Source: a virus. From it: a DNA stretch of 34,933 nt. The position numbers and the translations under genes were made by a program. A model generated the notes under the pieces. The model had not been told where the DNA came from, ran no database searches, and was given only the letters and a program-made list of their open reading frames with translations. The stretch is from the IMG/VR virus record IMGVR_UViG_3300045988_150517. The stretch is one strand, 5' to 3'. Shown here in pieces: positions 15,765-24,957 of the stretch (positions are counted from its first letter, which is position 1; every line of letters starts with the position of its first letter).

Positions 15765-17153
15765 TTACCCTTTTACAGATTTTTTTAATAAATAGATATA
15801 GTTTGTGTTTAATGGTTTACCATCTAAAATAACTAAACCTTTTGTAATCCATTTATTTTTATCTTCATCGAAATATCTCTTATATCCAAATGTCATATTT
15901 GAGTTAATACCATAAGCTTTTTCAGGAACCCAGAATATTCCAAAATATTCTCCATTTGCACATAAATCAAATGATTTGAATAAATCTTGTTCTGTTCTAA
16001 GTACAGGATATTCATTGAATTTATATTGTTTATCACTAGCATCAAATCCAGCCTTATTTATTGGTTGATTATTAGCATCTTTTAAAGTACATAAATTACC
16101 TACATAAGTTTGTTTTGCCATAGCAAATTCAGGATTAGCTCCTTCCATTCCTAAAGGTATATTAGCAAATAATTTTTTCTCCCATGCTGTCCAATCTGCA
16201 ATTTCTTCTTCTGTAAATTCTATAATGTTACTTGCTGGTATTCTTTTTAATCCTGCTGCAACATCTGTAAGAATTCCAGTTGGTTGTGCATTTCCTGTAC
16301 CTTTTAAAACTGCTATATCTCTAGCTTTTAAATAAGCAGTTAATAAAGCATTTATTAATTCTTTTTCAAATACTTCTACACTTAATATGCTTTGAAGTAA
16401 TGATTGTGCTATTCTTATTTCTCCAATATGGTAAGAGAATACAACACTTCCTGTAGCTCCATCAACTTTTTGATCTTCGCTGACACCATGTTCTTTGTCA
16501 GCTCCATCTGTTCCACTCCATGTAAATGTTGCATCAAAGTCAGATATTGGAACTTCAACACCACCTTGAACATTTAACATACGAACTCTTGAAGAAAATT
16601 GTCCATATGAACCTTCTATTTTTTTAATTAATTCTTGTAATACTGTATGTGGAATCAATACTCCTAATGCATCACTTGTTACTTCTCCTGCTGCTCTTGT
16701 TTCAGTGCGATATTGTGTTAATATTTCATTTAATTTTGCACTTCTTGTTCCTGTTTGAGCATATTGTTTGAAAGCCATTCTATATTCCATTGAAGAAAGT
16801 ATATCTTCTTCATTATTTGAAGCTTGTCCTCTTTGATTCATTTTTGCTCCTCCTATAACGTTTAAAACTGCATTTGGATTAAATCCATTTGCACTTCTTC
16901 CTTCATTTGCTTTATCATCTTTTTTGTCATCTTTGTTATCTTCTGCACCTTCATCTTTGCCATCATCATTTCCGTTGTCTTCTTCTAATTTTTTTAATTG
17001 CTCTTCTGCATCATTTATTTCATCACGCAAAGCTATTAAAGTTTCTCCTAGACTTCTTACTTCTGTAATGTCTTGTGAATTCTTCATTCTTTCCTCTTTT
17101 TCTTTTAACTCTTGTTTTTTTCTTTCAATTAATTTCTTTAAAAAATCTTTCAT
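15765..17153 (-). CDS. Major capsid protein, HK97 family, with an N-terminal coiled-coil delta domain
   Basis: 462 aa. Charged coiled-coil N-terminus followed by a capsid-fold-length domain. It follows the prohead protease. Confidence 0.85.
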   Translation of the reverse strand: MKDFLKKLIERKKQELKEKEERMKNSQDITEVRSLGETLIALRDEINDAEEQLKKLEEDNGNDDGKDEGAEDNKDDKKDDKANEGRSANGFNPNAVLNVIGGAKMNQRGQASNNEEDILSSMEYRMAFKQYAQTGTRSAKLNEILTQYRTETRAAGEVTSDALGVLIPHTVLQELIKKIEGSYGQFSSRVRMLNVQGGVEVPISDFDATFTWSGTDGADKEHGVSEDQKVDGATGSVVFSYHIGEIRIAQSLLQSILSVEVFEKELINALLTAYLKARDIAVLKGTGNAQPTGILTDVAAGLKRIPASNIIEFTEEEIADWTAWEKKLFANIPLGMEGANPEFAMAKQTYVGNLCTLKDANNQPINKAGFDASDKQYKFNEYPVLRTEQDLFKSFDLCANGEYFGIFWVPEKAYGINSNMTFGYKRYFDEDKNKWITKGLVILDGKPLNTNYIYLLKKSVKG

Positions 17154-17154
17154 T

Positions 17155-17808
17155 TTAATTTCCTCCTAATAAATATTTAATTTTTAGCTTTTCAAGCTCT
17201 AATTGCTTTGGAGTAGTCTCCACCGCTCCACTTCTAGCAGTCTCCACCGCTAGGCGTGCAGTATCCACCGCACTTTTATCTCTAGCAGCTATCGAAGTAT
17301 CTTCATATGCAGGAAATGTTACTGCACTAACTTCAACAACTGTTGAAATTGATTTTATATGTCTTGTTGGATAGTCTGTGTCTAGCCCTTCCCATTCTTC
17401 ATCTTCTATTCCAAACATAAATGACATACCTGTTATGTCGCCACGCTCTATTGCACTATATAAATTTCTAGCCTCACTATTATTTTCTACATCTAGTTCT
17501 ACTCTAATTTCCATACCTTCATCATCAACTGTTAATTGCATTGTAGAATTTTTTGTATTTTTCCTTGATCTTGCAAGTGGTATTTTAGATTGATCATGAT
17601 TTACAAGAAATCTAACATCTTCCAGATTGGTTTTCTTCAAAGCCCCTCTTTCAATTATTTCTGCGAAAAAACCTCCTATGTCTGTTTTACTATCATACAC
17701 AATTGGTCTTCCAACAATAATGTTTCCTTTCTTTTCATCCTTTTCTGCTCTAATTTCAAAGTCGTAATTTCTTCTAATTAGTTCATTCTTCATTTTTGTT
17801 ACCTCCAT
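17155..17808 (-). CDS. HK97-family prohead protease (S78)
   Basis: ..FEIRAEKDEKKGNIIVGRPIVYDSKTDIGGFFAEIIERGAL....VRFLVNHD.. is typical of the family. Lies between the portal and capsid genes. Confidence 0.85.
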   Translation of the reverse strand: MEVTKMKNELIRRNYDFEIRAEKDEKKGNIIVGRPIVYDSKTDIGGFFAEIIERGALKKTNLEDVRFLVNHDQSKIPLARSRKNTKNSTMQLTVDDEGMEIRVELDVENNSEARNLYSAIERGDITGMSFMFGIEDEEWEGLDTDYPTRHIKSISTVVEVSAVTFPAYEDTSIAARDKSAVDTARLAVETARSGAVETTPKQLELEKLKIKYLLGGN

Positions 17809-19000
17809 CCTTTTTTATTTTGTTATTTTCTGCATTTGCTTTATTACTTGACATAGCAATTTGTCCTGCAAGTTCTGGAAGTGGTCGCATTCCAAATGCA
17901 GTTCTTAATTCATTTTTATAGCAACTTGCACTATCAACTAATACATCAAATAATTCTATTTTTTGACTTGTATCCATAAATATCAATTCATGTGGATACA
18001 TCATAACTTTATTTTTGAAACCTTTTTCTCTATTTGTAAACATTGTCATTGTAAATGATTCGCCTGTCCTTTTTAAAATTGGTTCTAAACTTTTTTGATA
18101 AAATGCTTCATATTGTGGTTTAGTATAATCTCCTGTCAAAATTGGAAGCGAGACACCTATATTTCTCAATATCTTTTCATCTATGAATTTTAGTGTTGTA
18201 GCATCTACTAATTGTATTTTATTTTGTAGTGGGATGTATTCTCCCTTTATATCTAATGGCAAAAATCCACTTTCATTATTAGCTAGCCTTTTTTCTATCT
18301 CTTTGATGTTATTTTCCATCTTTCCATCATCCATTAATGTGTTATATTTAATAACTCCATTAATAGAAAAAGAACTTTTTAGTGCTTTTGCAACTCCTTG
18401 AAGCAATGTATTGTTTAATTCCAATGTTTTCAGTAATGCTCTATTATCAGGTTGTCCAAATTCGTTACCTCCCATGAATTCATTGATGGAATATCTATAT
18501 CGTATATGTATTACATCTGAATATGCTAGCATTGTTTTGTATCCATTTCTGAAAGTAAATTCTATTCCAAGTTTACCTTCTGGATCTTGTAAAAATGTAA
18601 CATTTGTTGGTTGTATTGGATAAAGTCCTGTATAATGCTTATTTCCCTTTATATCCTTATAATAAGTTGGAATTATAAAAGAGTTATAATTTAAAAATAA
18701 TTGCCAATATACTTTTTCAAAGAAATCTGTTTGTGTCATTCTCTCATTTGGTTGATCTAATAATTTCTGTATCTCACTATTTTCTACTGGTACTAAATCA
18801 CTTCCACTTTGCTTTATGTGAAATGGATTCGCTTTTGTCAACTCCGTAACTAAACAAGCTATAGCTTGTTGTACTACATCGCTTGCATAAATATCCTGCC
18901 CAAACTGCGAAAAAATGGGAGTGTACCCATTTAACATTTTTGCATAATTTATATTTGGTTTTGTTTTCTTAAATTTATTAATAAAATCAATTAATCCCAT
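17783..19000 (-). CDS. Portal protein (HK97 family)
   Basis: 405 aa, directly downstream of terL. Its size and position are typical. Confidence 0.8.
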   Translation of the reverse strand: MGLIDFINKFKKTKPNINYAKMLNGYTPIFSQFGQDIYASDVVQQAIACLVTELTKANPFHIKQSGSDLVPVENSEIQKLLDQPNERMTQTDFFEKVYWQLFLNYNSFIIPTYYKDIKGNKHYTGLYPIQPTNVTFLQDPEGKLGIEFTFRNGYKTMLAYSDVIHIRYRYSINEFMGGNEFGQPDNRALLKTLELNNTLLQGVAKALKSSFSINGVIKYNTLMDDGKMENNIKEIEKRLANNESGFLPLDIKGEYIPLQNKIQLVDATTLKFIDEKILRNIGVSLPILTGDYTKPQYEAFYQKSLEPILKRTGESFTMTMFTNREKGFKNKVMMYPHELIFMDTSQKIELFDVLVDSASCYKNELRTAFGMRPLPELAGQIAMSSNKANAENNKIKKDGGNKNEE

Positions 19001-19012
19001 TTTGTTTACTCC

Positions 19013-20684
19013 TTACTTATTTATTAACTTGTGAAACTCGTTTCTGTAGCGTCTGTATATCTCGTATAAAATTATTAATGTTACAGCACCATCAATTCTC
19101 TTGCTAGCTTGTTTCTTTACTTTAACACACATAATATTACCTAGATTATCCATTTCAATTGCTGCATTTCCAAGGCACCATCTATCCATTTCATTTTCAT
19201 TGTAATTTATTACTTGGTCTTTTAAGTCTGCCTCTACCAATTTCATTGCATTAGACAAAACTTTACCTTGTAATATCATTTCTGTTTCAAGACTGTATTC
19301 TCCCATTCTGTCTGTAAATGATTTTGAGAACCTTTGGTCATAACCTGTCATATATGTTTTTATGTTATAGTTTTTGTACAGTGAATAAAACCAGTCCGCA
19401 ACCTTTGATAAATCAATTTCATTTCCTTCGTGTATTGTAAGTATTCCTTTTTTTGCCCACTCTTCATATTTTGCTCCTGCTTCTTTATCGTTACTATCTT
19501 GAAGTTTGCTTTCTGGTATCCAATAATGTGTATGAACATATTTTGTTTTGCAGTCTGGCTTCATTAATAATATTTTTGCATTTGATAAGTCAGTAGTTGC
19601 AGATAGATCAACTGCCCCCAAACAAAAAGAACCTCTAAACTCTTCAAGTTCAAAAGGTTCTGTTACATAACAGTAATCTTCATTCATTAACCATGCTTGA
19701 GCATTGTTTTGTTTTATATTAAAGTCCTTGCAAAGTGTGTGCATTCTTTTCGATTTAGACTTTTTGGATTTTTCAATTTCTGTTCGTAGTGATTTCCATT
19801 TCTTCACTACTCCTAAACCGTGGATTTGATTTATACCAACTTTGTTCATCCTGCCATATTTCCTCTTCACTATCTTGCGTGTATAACCATGGCAAATAAT
19901 GAATATCATCCGTTTCATCAAATATTACTTCTCTTGCATATACTAATTCATGATCTAAATATCCATCATTGATAAATCCTTCCGTTGTCAAGTTGATGAA
20001 TAATGGCTCATCTTTTGTTGACATTGATTTCTGCCCTGCTTCTGCTATTTCATCATTTGGTGCATCGTGGCTTTCATCCATATACATTTTATCTATATTT
20101 CTACCATCTTTATTTTGCGTTTTACTTGACATTTTAAATATTGTTATATTTTTCTTTGTATTGCAAATTTGTGACATGTTTTTATGTGTAATTTTTGAAT
20201 GTGGATCTATTCTTTTCCTCATATTGTCTACTTCATTCCATAACAAACTAGCTTGCTTGTCATCATTTGAGGCACAAACTATATCCATACCACCTTCGCC
20301 AATTCTCAAATCTGTGTGTGCATCTGCTGCCATAAGTGTTGTTTTTCCATTTTTTCTTGCTATTAGTAAAAGTATATTTTGAAATCGCCTTACCCATCGT
20401 TTTAATTCTTCATCATATACTTTAAATGAATAAATTGTTTCTATAAATGCTTTTTCCCATAATAGTAATTGCATTGGCATATTATAAAATGGCTTTTTAC
20501 TTTGTAAACATAGATTTTCCATAAATTCTATTCTTAAATGGCTTTCTTCTAAATCATATCTATATCGTGGATCATCTAAATCTCTTATCAATTTTTGTAA
20601 TTCTGTTTTTAACTCTAATCCTACAATTATATTTCCTTTTTGAATTTCACTATAATATTCTTTTAAATAATTAACTTCCTCCAT
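19013..20684 (-). CDS. terL: Terminase large subunit encoded in two frames. The ATPase part is in frame 0 (19773..20684) and the nuclease part is in frame +1 (19013..19819). It needs a +1 shift at CGG 19818..19820, or else it is a pseudogene.
   Basis: Walker A ..LLLIARKNGKTT.., ..YMDESH... The conserved junction ..WYKSNP|GLGVVKKWKSLRTEIEKSK.. is only continuous if one nt (the C of CGG) is skipped. Confidence 0.8.
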
Positions 20685-20988
20685 ATTTTTTTCTTTGCTC
20701 CAAAAACTTTTGTACAGGATCCTCTTCTATTTCATGGCCATTAATCATTGAATACACCATTCTTATTGCATTCATATAACTTTGAGAATGCTCTTTATAT
20801 AGTTTTGCTGCCTTAGTCACTTTTTGTTTAGTTGGATCTTTGGGATGAATTCTAATAAATGGCATTTTCTTTAGCTCTTCCATTCTTTCTTCCAAAAAAG
20901 CTATATCATCTAAAAGTGGATTGATTAATTCCTTCTTATTTGTTTCTACATCCTTAAAAATTTCATCTAACTTTTCTCTTCTTGTCAT
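20671..20988 (-). CDS. terS: Terminase small subunit, P27 family
   Basis: Likely start ATG 20988 (MTRREKLDEIFKDVETNKKELINPLLDDIAFLEERMEELKK..). Overlaps the terL start by 14 nt. Confidence 0.7.
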   Translation of the reverse strand: MTRREKLDEIFKDVETNKKELINPLLDDIAFLEERMEELKKMPFIRIHPKDPTKQKVTKAAKLYKEHSQSYMNAIRMVYSMINGHEIEEDPVQKFLEQRKKYGGS

Positions 20989-21114
20989 AAAAACACCTTT
21001 CTTTCTGTATCTTCTTTTTTGAAATCCAAAAAAAATGAATTTTTTGCCTCGTGTGAAAAAGAGGTACCCCTTACAGTCCCCAGACACTAGTTCATCATTA
21101 AGCTAGGCGGGGGG

Positions 21115-21783
21115 CTATGGTTGAAAACTTTCAAACCATTCTTCTATATATTTTCTCCAAGCATCGTTTTTTGCTCTGTTTAAACATATATCCTTTTCTG
21201 TTTCTATAAATATCAGTTCTGCTCCTAGTTTATCTGCCAGTCTTTGTCTTTCCATCTTTAATGGATATGTTCCTACTATAAAAGCATTTTGCCAATTTCC
21301 CAGTCGCATCTTTATTTGCTCTAACAAAGTATTTCTTATCTCAAAAACATTTTGCTGTAATTTCTTTGGTTTATTATACTTATCGCAAAAACTAATACAT
21401 TCCCATATTTTATCAATATCTACTATTAAATCATCCGCTGTTGCCTGTTCATCAACCCATGTTGATTTACCACTGCAAGGCGAACCATAAACAATATATA
21501 CTTTTTGTGGTAATTCATATCCAAATCGATGATGTACTTTATTATGACATTTGAAATGTATTAACATTATATTTTCTGGATTAAGACTTATATTATAATC
21601 ATTAACATTTATATTATTTAGTGGTATTTTATGATGTCCTATGCAATCGTAAGCCTTTACTATTTCCTCTCCACAATACTCACAAATGAGTTTTCCCTCT
21701 TCATTTACTCTTTCTAGTTTCAAATTCTCTAGTAATTGCTGCCACTCTTTAGATTTATATAAATCATGGGGATTTTCAAACAT
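21115..21783 (-). CDS. HNH endonuclease fused to a P-loop NTPase/kinase-like domain
   Basis: HNH: ..CEYCGEEI....GHHKIPL......N....H..CHNKVHH... C-terminal Walker A: VYIVYGSPCSGKST. Confidence 0.75.
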   Translation of the reverse strand: MFENPHDLYKSKEWQQLLENLKLERVNEEGKLICEYCGEEIVKAYDCIGHHKIPLNNINVNDYNISLNPENIMLIHFKCHNKVHHRFGYELPQKVYIVYGSPCSGKSTWVDEQATADDLIVDIDKIWECISFCDKYNKPKKLQQNVFEIRNTLLEQIKMRLGNWQNAFIVGTYPLKMERQRLADKLGAELIFIETEKDICLNRAKNDAWRKYIEEWFESFQP

Positions 21784-21798
21784 AACATATTCCCCTCC

Positions 21799-22422
21799 TT
21801 ACCATAATTCATCTTCTGCTTGTTTTTCTTTTAGTTCCAACTCTCGTTTACTAAATCCTAACTTTATCATATTTTCTCTGCTTTTTCTTTTTGCTTCTGT
21901 CACTCTTGTAAGTCCATCTTCTATTCTTTGGATTTTATCAACAGTTGCTTCCGCTTCTGTTACTGTTTCTATTGCACCATCACTATTCTTTTTTCGAATA
22001 TGTCCTATTGTCATATCTTTATCTGCTTTTTCCAGTTTTCTTATTCTTCGTAGCATTCTAACTTCTCGTATGGTTAGCAATTTGTATTCTGCCATGTATT
22101 CTTCCATTAGCAAATTATCTATGTCACTTATCTTATAATTTTTAAATAATTCTTTTTCTTCCTCTGTTAAAACATCAGTATATATTTTTTCATATTCTCC
22201 AGTAGTGATTGCGTTTTTGTTCTTAGGTGGAGCATGTCCGCCTTTGTTGCTTTTGGCGTTTTGGTTGCCTTTAAGTATTTCACTTTTATTTCTTGTTAAT
22301 TTATATTGATTTATAATCTTTTTTAAATCAGACAAAGTAATGTTGTATTTTTTAAAAATGTTTTTATATGTCATTCCACCTAAATAATCTGTCTTTATTC
22401 TTTCAATTTTGTTCTGTGTCAA
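21799..22422 (-). CDS. HTH protein of the putative phage terminase small subunit type
   Basis: N-terminal HTH (..GGMTYKNIFKKYNITLSDLKKIINQY..) followed by GNQNAKSNKGGHAPPKNKNAITTGEYEKIY, as in the Phage_terminase (GNxNA-repeat) family. Confidence 0.5.
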   Translation of the reverse strand: MTQNKIERIKTDYLGGMTYKNIFKKYNITLSDLKKIINQYKLTRNKSEILKGNQNAKSNKGGHAPPKNKNAITTGEYEKIYTDVLTEEEKELFKNYKISDIDNLLMEEYMAEYKLLTIREVRMLRRIRKLEKADKDMTIGHIRKKNSDGAIETVTEAEATVDKIQRIEDGLTRVTEAKRKSRENMIKLGFSKRELELKEKQAEDELW

Positions 22423-22441
22423 CGCAACTCACCCACCTCCA

Positions 22442-23725
22442 TTACTTTTTTTCTAACTCTGCTTTTTTTCCTGTTAGTGTTTCCCAGCGTTTTACTATAA
22501 CATCACAATATTTTGGATCTAATTCCATCATATAGCAAGGTCTACTTAATTGTTCACAAGCTATTAGAGTTGATCCGCTTCCACCAAATAAATCTACGAC
22601 ACATTCATCTATTCTACTACTATTTTTTATTAATCTACTTAGTAGCTTTATTGGTTTCATTGTTGGATGTAAATCATTTATTGTAGGTTTATTTTCTTCT
22701 ATAATTGTTGTACTAATTTTATCTGCATATATTTCTTCTAGCATTTTTACTAGTTCTTCTTTCTTTAATTTTCTAAAATCTTGATGCTTATCTTCTATAA
22801 CTGTTGCTTGTGTTCTATCATCTATGAAATAATGTGCTGCACCATCTTTCCAGCCATAAAGACATGGCTCATGTTTCCATTGATAGTCCTGATTTCCTAA
22901 TATAAACATATTTTTATTCCATATTATCTCTTGTCTGACTTTTAATCCATTTTCATTTAATGCTTTTTCAAAATTTATATGTTCTCTTGAAGCAAACCAT
23001 ATATAAAATGCTCCACCTGCTTTCAGTATCTCTGATAGATTTTTAAATGCTTTTGTTAAAAATTCTCCAAATGCCTTATTGTCCATATTATCATTTTGAA
23101 TTTTCATTCCTTGACTATTTTCAACATTCACATTATAAGGTGGATCCGTTAATACCATATCCGCTTCTCTATTATTCATCAGTCGCTCTACTGCCTCTTT
23201 ATTGGTACTATCTCCACATACTAGCCTATGTTTTCCTAATATCCATGTATCTCCTATTTTTGTTATAGGTTCTTTTATTTCTTCTAGTTCTTTTTCTACA
23301 TCAAAATCATCTTCTGTTGCTTCTAATGTATCATTAAAAATCTCATTCAATTCCTCTGCACTAAAACCTGTTATATCCATATCAAATTCTAGTTCTTTTA
23401 ATTCTGCAAGTATTTTTTCTAATTTTTCATTATCCCAAATACCATTTATTTTATTTAATGCAAGGTTCAATGCTTTTTCATGTGTTTTGTCAAGATTTTG
23501 GACACTACATTCTATTTTCTTATATCCTAAATCCTCTAATACTGTTAATCCTTGATGTCCACCTATAACGGTCATATCTGAATTTATAACAACTGGTACA
23601 ACATATCCAAATTCAACAATGCTTTTTTTCAATTGTTGATATTCTGGATCTGCTGGTGTTAATTCTTTTCTTGGATTGTATTCTGCTCTTTTTAGCTGAC
23701 TTATTTCTACTACTCTTATTTCCAT
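22442..23725 (-). CDS. ParB-like nuclease domain fused to a DNA methyltransferase (DPPY, N6A/N4C type)
   Basis: Likely start ATG 23725 after TAAGGAG. ParB-N: ..ISQLKRAEYNPRK... MTase motif IV: VLTDPPYNV. SAM-binding: ..VVDLFGGSGST... Confidence 0.85.
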   Translation of the reverse strand: MEIRVVEISQLKRAEYNPRKELTPADPEYQQLKKSIVEFGYVVPVVINSDMTVIGGHQGLTVLEDLGYKKIECSVQNLDKTHEKALNLALNKINGIWDNEKLEKILAELKELEFDMDITGFSAEELNEIFNDTLEATEDDFDVEKELEEIKEPITKIGDTWILGKHRLVCGDSTNKEAVERLMNNREADMVLTDPPYNVNVENSQGMKIQNDNMDNKAFGEFLTKAFKNLSEILKAGGAFYIWFASREHINFEKALNENGLKVRQEIIWNKNMFILGNQDYQWKHEPCLYGWKDGAAHYFIDDRTQATVIEDKHQDFRKLKKEELVKMLEEIYADKISTTIIEENKPTINDLHPTMKPIKLLSRLIKNSSRIDECVVDLFGGSGSTLIACEQLSRPCYMMELDPKYCDVIVKRWETLTGKKAELEKK

Positions 23726-23825
23726 AATTGTACTCCTTAAAACAACTTGATTCATATCTGCAGTTTTTGCATTCTCGTGTCATACATCTACTTAAATTCA
23801 TAGGCATATACCTCATTTGTATTAT

Positions 23826-23898
23826 TGGTTGCGGACAGAGGATTCGAACCTCGTCTAGGAGTTATGAGCCCCTTGTGCTGCCATTGCACCATCTCCGC
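23826..23898 (-). tRNA. tRNA-like gene, anticodon CAU (Met or lysidine-modified Ile2), with non-canonical stems
   Basis: GCGGAGA-TG-GTGC-AATGGCA-GCAC-A-AGGGG-CTCATAA-CTCCT-AGAC-GAGG-TTCGAAT-CCTC-TGTCCGC-A. D, anticodon and T-loop features are good. The acceptor stem has a G.G mismatch and the T stem is only 4 bp (or one nt is shared). Confidence 0.65.
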
Positions 23899-23906
23899 AA
23901 TATAAT

Positions 23907-23945
23907 AAAAAAGCTACCCAGAAAGGAAAAGAAGGTAGCTTTTAC
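23907..23945 (-). terminator. Rho-independent terminator after the ArpU-like gene
   Basis: 9-bp stem AAAGCTACC / GGTAGCTTT (23910-18 / 23934-42) followed by a T-run on the - strand, immediately upstream of the tRNA. Confidence 0.6.
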
Positions 23946-24049
23946 TAAAAATATTAATTTGACTATACTTAGTTTTTTTGCAATTATAATTATAACAGAT
24001 TATTTTTTTAAAAAATACAGAAAAAATATATAAATTTTATATAATTTTT

Positions 24050-24475
24050 CTATAATTTTTTATTTTTGTTATATTCTCGTTGCATTTTTGTTATAGAATT
24101 TTTTAGTGTTGTTGTTATTGCACCATATGTTTTACTCTTTTTTACGGCTATTTCTTCTATGCTTATTTTTTGATAGTATCTCATATCTATCACATCTTGA
24201 TTATATTTTTTTAATGTTTTTACTAAATCTTCTACTATTTTCAATTTTTGTTTTAGCCTTTTTATAAATCTCTCTCTTTGTTCTATCTTCTCTTGCTTTT
24301 CTATTATTTGATTTTCTATACTTGATTGTACATATCCTTTTGCTTTTGGCATACCATCTAAATTTGCACTTTTTATATCAACTATCTCATCATTTAGATC
24401 TTGTATTTCCGCTTCTACCATACTTATCTTAAATTTATATGTATTATAATTTTCAAGGACTTCTTGAATATTCAT
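24050..24475 (-). CDS. ArpU/RinA-type phage late-gene transcriptional regulator
   Basis: Start ATG 24475, 8 nt after AGGAGG. ~141 aa. ..LDGMPKAKGYVQSSIENQII.. and the C-terminal HTH-like ..IDMRYYQKISIEEIAVKKSKTYGAITTTLKNS.. resemble ArpU family proteins. Confidence 0.65.
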   Translation of the reverse strand: MNIQEVLENYNTYKFKISMVEAEIQDLNDEIVDIKSANLDGMPKAKGYVQSSIENQIIEKQEKIEQRERFIKRLKQKLKIVEDLVKTLKKYNQDVIDMRYYQKISIEEIAVKKSKTYGAITTTLKNSITKMQREYNKNKKL

Positions 24476-24487
24476 CTTTGGCACCTC

Positions 24488-24754
24488 CTAAATTTTATAA
24501 ATAAAGAAAGTCAACACTATAATTGCCCATATTTCTATCACATTGATAATATTGTTTTTATTGCTGTCTTTCGAATTTAATTCTTTTGCTATTTTTGACA
24601 GTGCTAATATTACTAAAAAAGATATAAATATAATTTTTAATATTTCAAACATAATGTCCACCTGCCTTTCCAGATTATTTTTTTCTATTGAGTTCGTTTT
24701 TGAATTTTTTATTTTTTTAATAATTTTTTCTATTTTTTTCTTACTGCTATACAT
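24488..24754 (-). CDS. Hypothetical membrane protein (88 aa)
   Basis: ORF with two hydrophobic helices, packed in the operon. Confidence 0.45.
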   Translation of the reverse strand: MYSSKKKIEKIIKKIKNSKTNSIEKNNLERQVDIMFEILKIIFISFLVILALSKIAKELNSKDSNKNNIINVIEIWAIIVLTFFIYKI

Positions 24755-24774
24755 TGTTATTGTTTTTTTATTGG

Positions 24775-24957
24775 TTATTGATTTCTTTTAAAAACATTTT
24801 TCCAAAAATATGCCATATTATCTATTGCCTTTTGCATTATTTCAGCCATGGGTTCTACTATTTCAAACATAAATTCCATAAATGTACTAAAAACTTTAAT
24901 TATTATATATATTGGTGTAAGCATTATAACTAAGACTAAATATATAAATTCTTTCAT
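24775..24957 (-). CDS. Hypothetical membrane protein (60 aa)
   Basis: ORF with an N-terminal TM helix. Overlaps the stop of the upstream gene. Confidence 0.4.
   Translation of the reverse strand: MKEFIYLVLVIMLTPIYIIIKVFSTFMEFMFEIVEPMAEIMQKAIDNMAYFWKNVFKRNQ

Noticed and set aside
19818-19820. Sense-codon reassignment of CGG (e.g. to Gln or Trp, as reported for some low-GC bacteria) as the explanation for the three breaks
   Set aside because: Reading CGG as any amino acid keeps frame 0, which hits stop codons 4-15 codons later in all three genes. Only a one-nucleotide frame change restores the conserved proteins.
19820-19921. N-terminal ~34 aa of track ORF 19013..19921 (MMKRMIFIICHGYTRKIVKRKYGRMNKVGINQIH) as an independent start for a terL C-terminal gene
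   Set aside because: This stretch is just the out-of-frame reading of the terL ATPase-half 3' end. It has no RBS and no similarity to terminases. The genuine homology begins at GLGVVKKW.
23613-23816. 67-aa ORF overlapping the 5' end of the ParB-methyltransferase gene
   Set aside because: It overlaps the better-supported MTase start (TAAGGAG RBS at 23725) by >100 nt, and its product is basic and low-complexity. At most a very short upstream peptide could be real, and I cannot support it.
23826-23898. The phage tRNA-like gene as the agent decoding or suppressing the CGG sites
   Set aside because: Its anticodon is CAU in a normal 7-nt loop. It has neither complementarity to CGG/CGGN nor an expanded anticodon loop.
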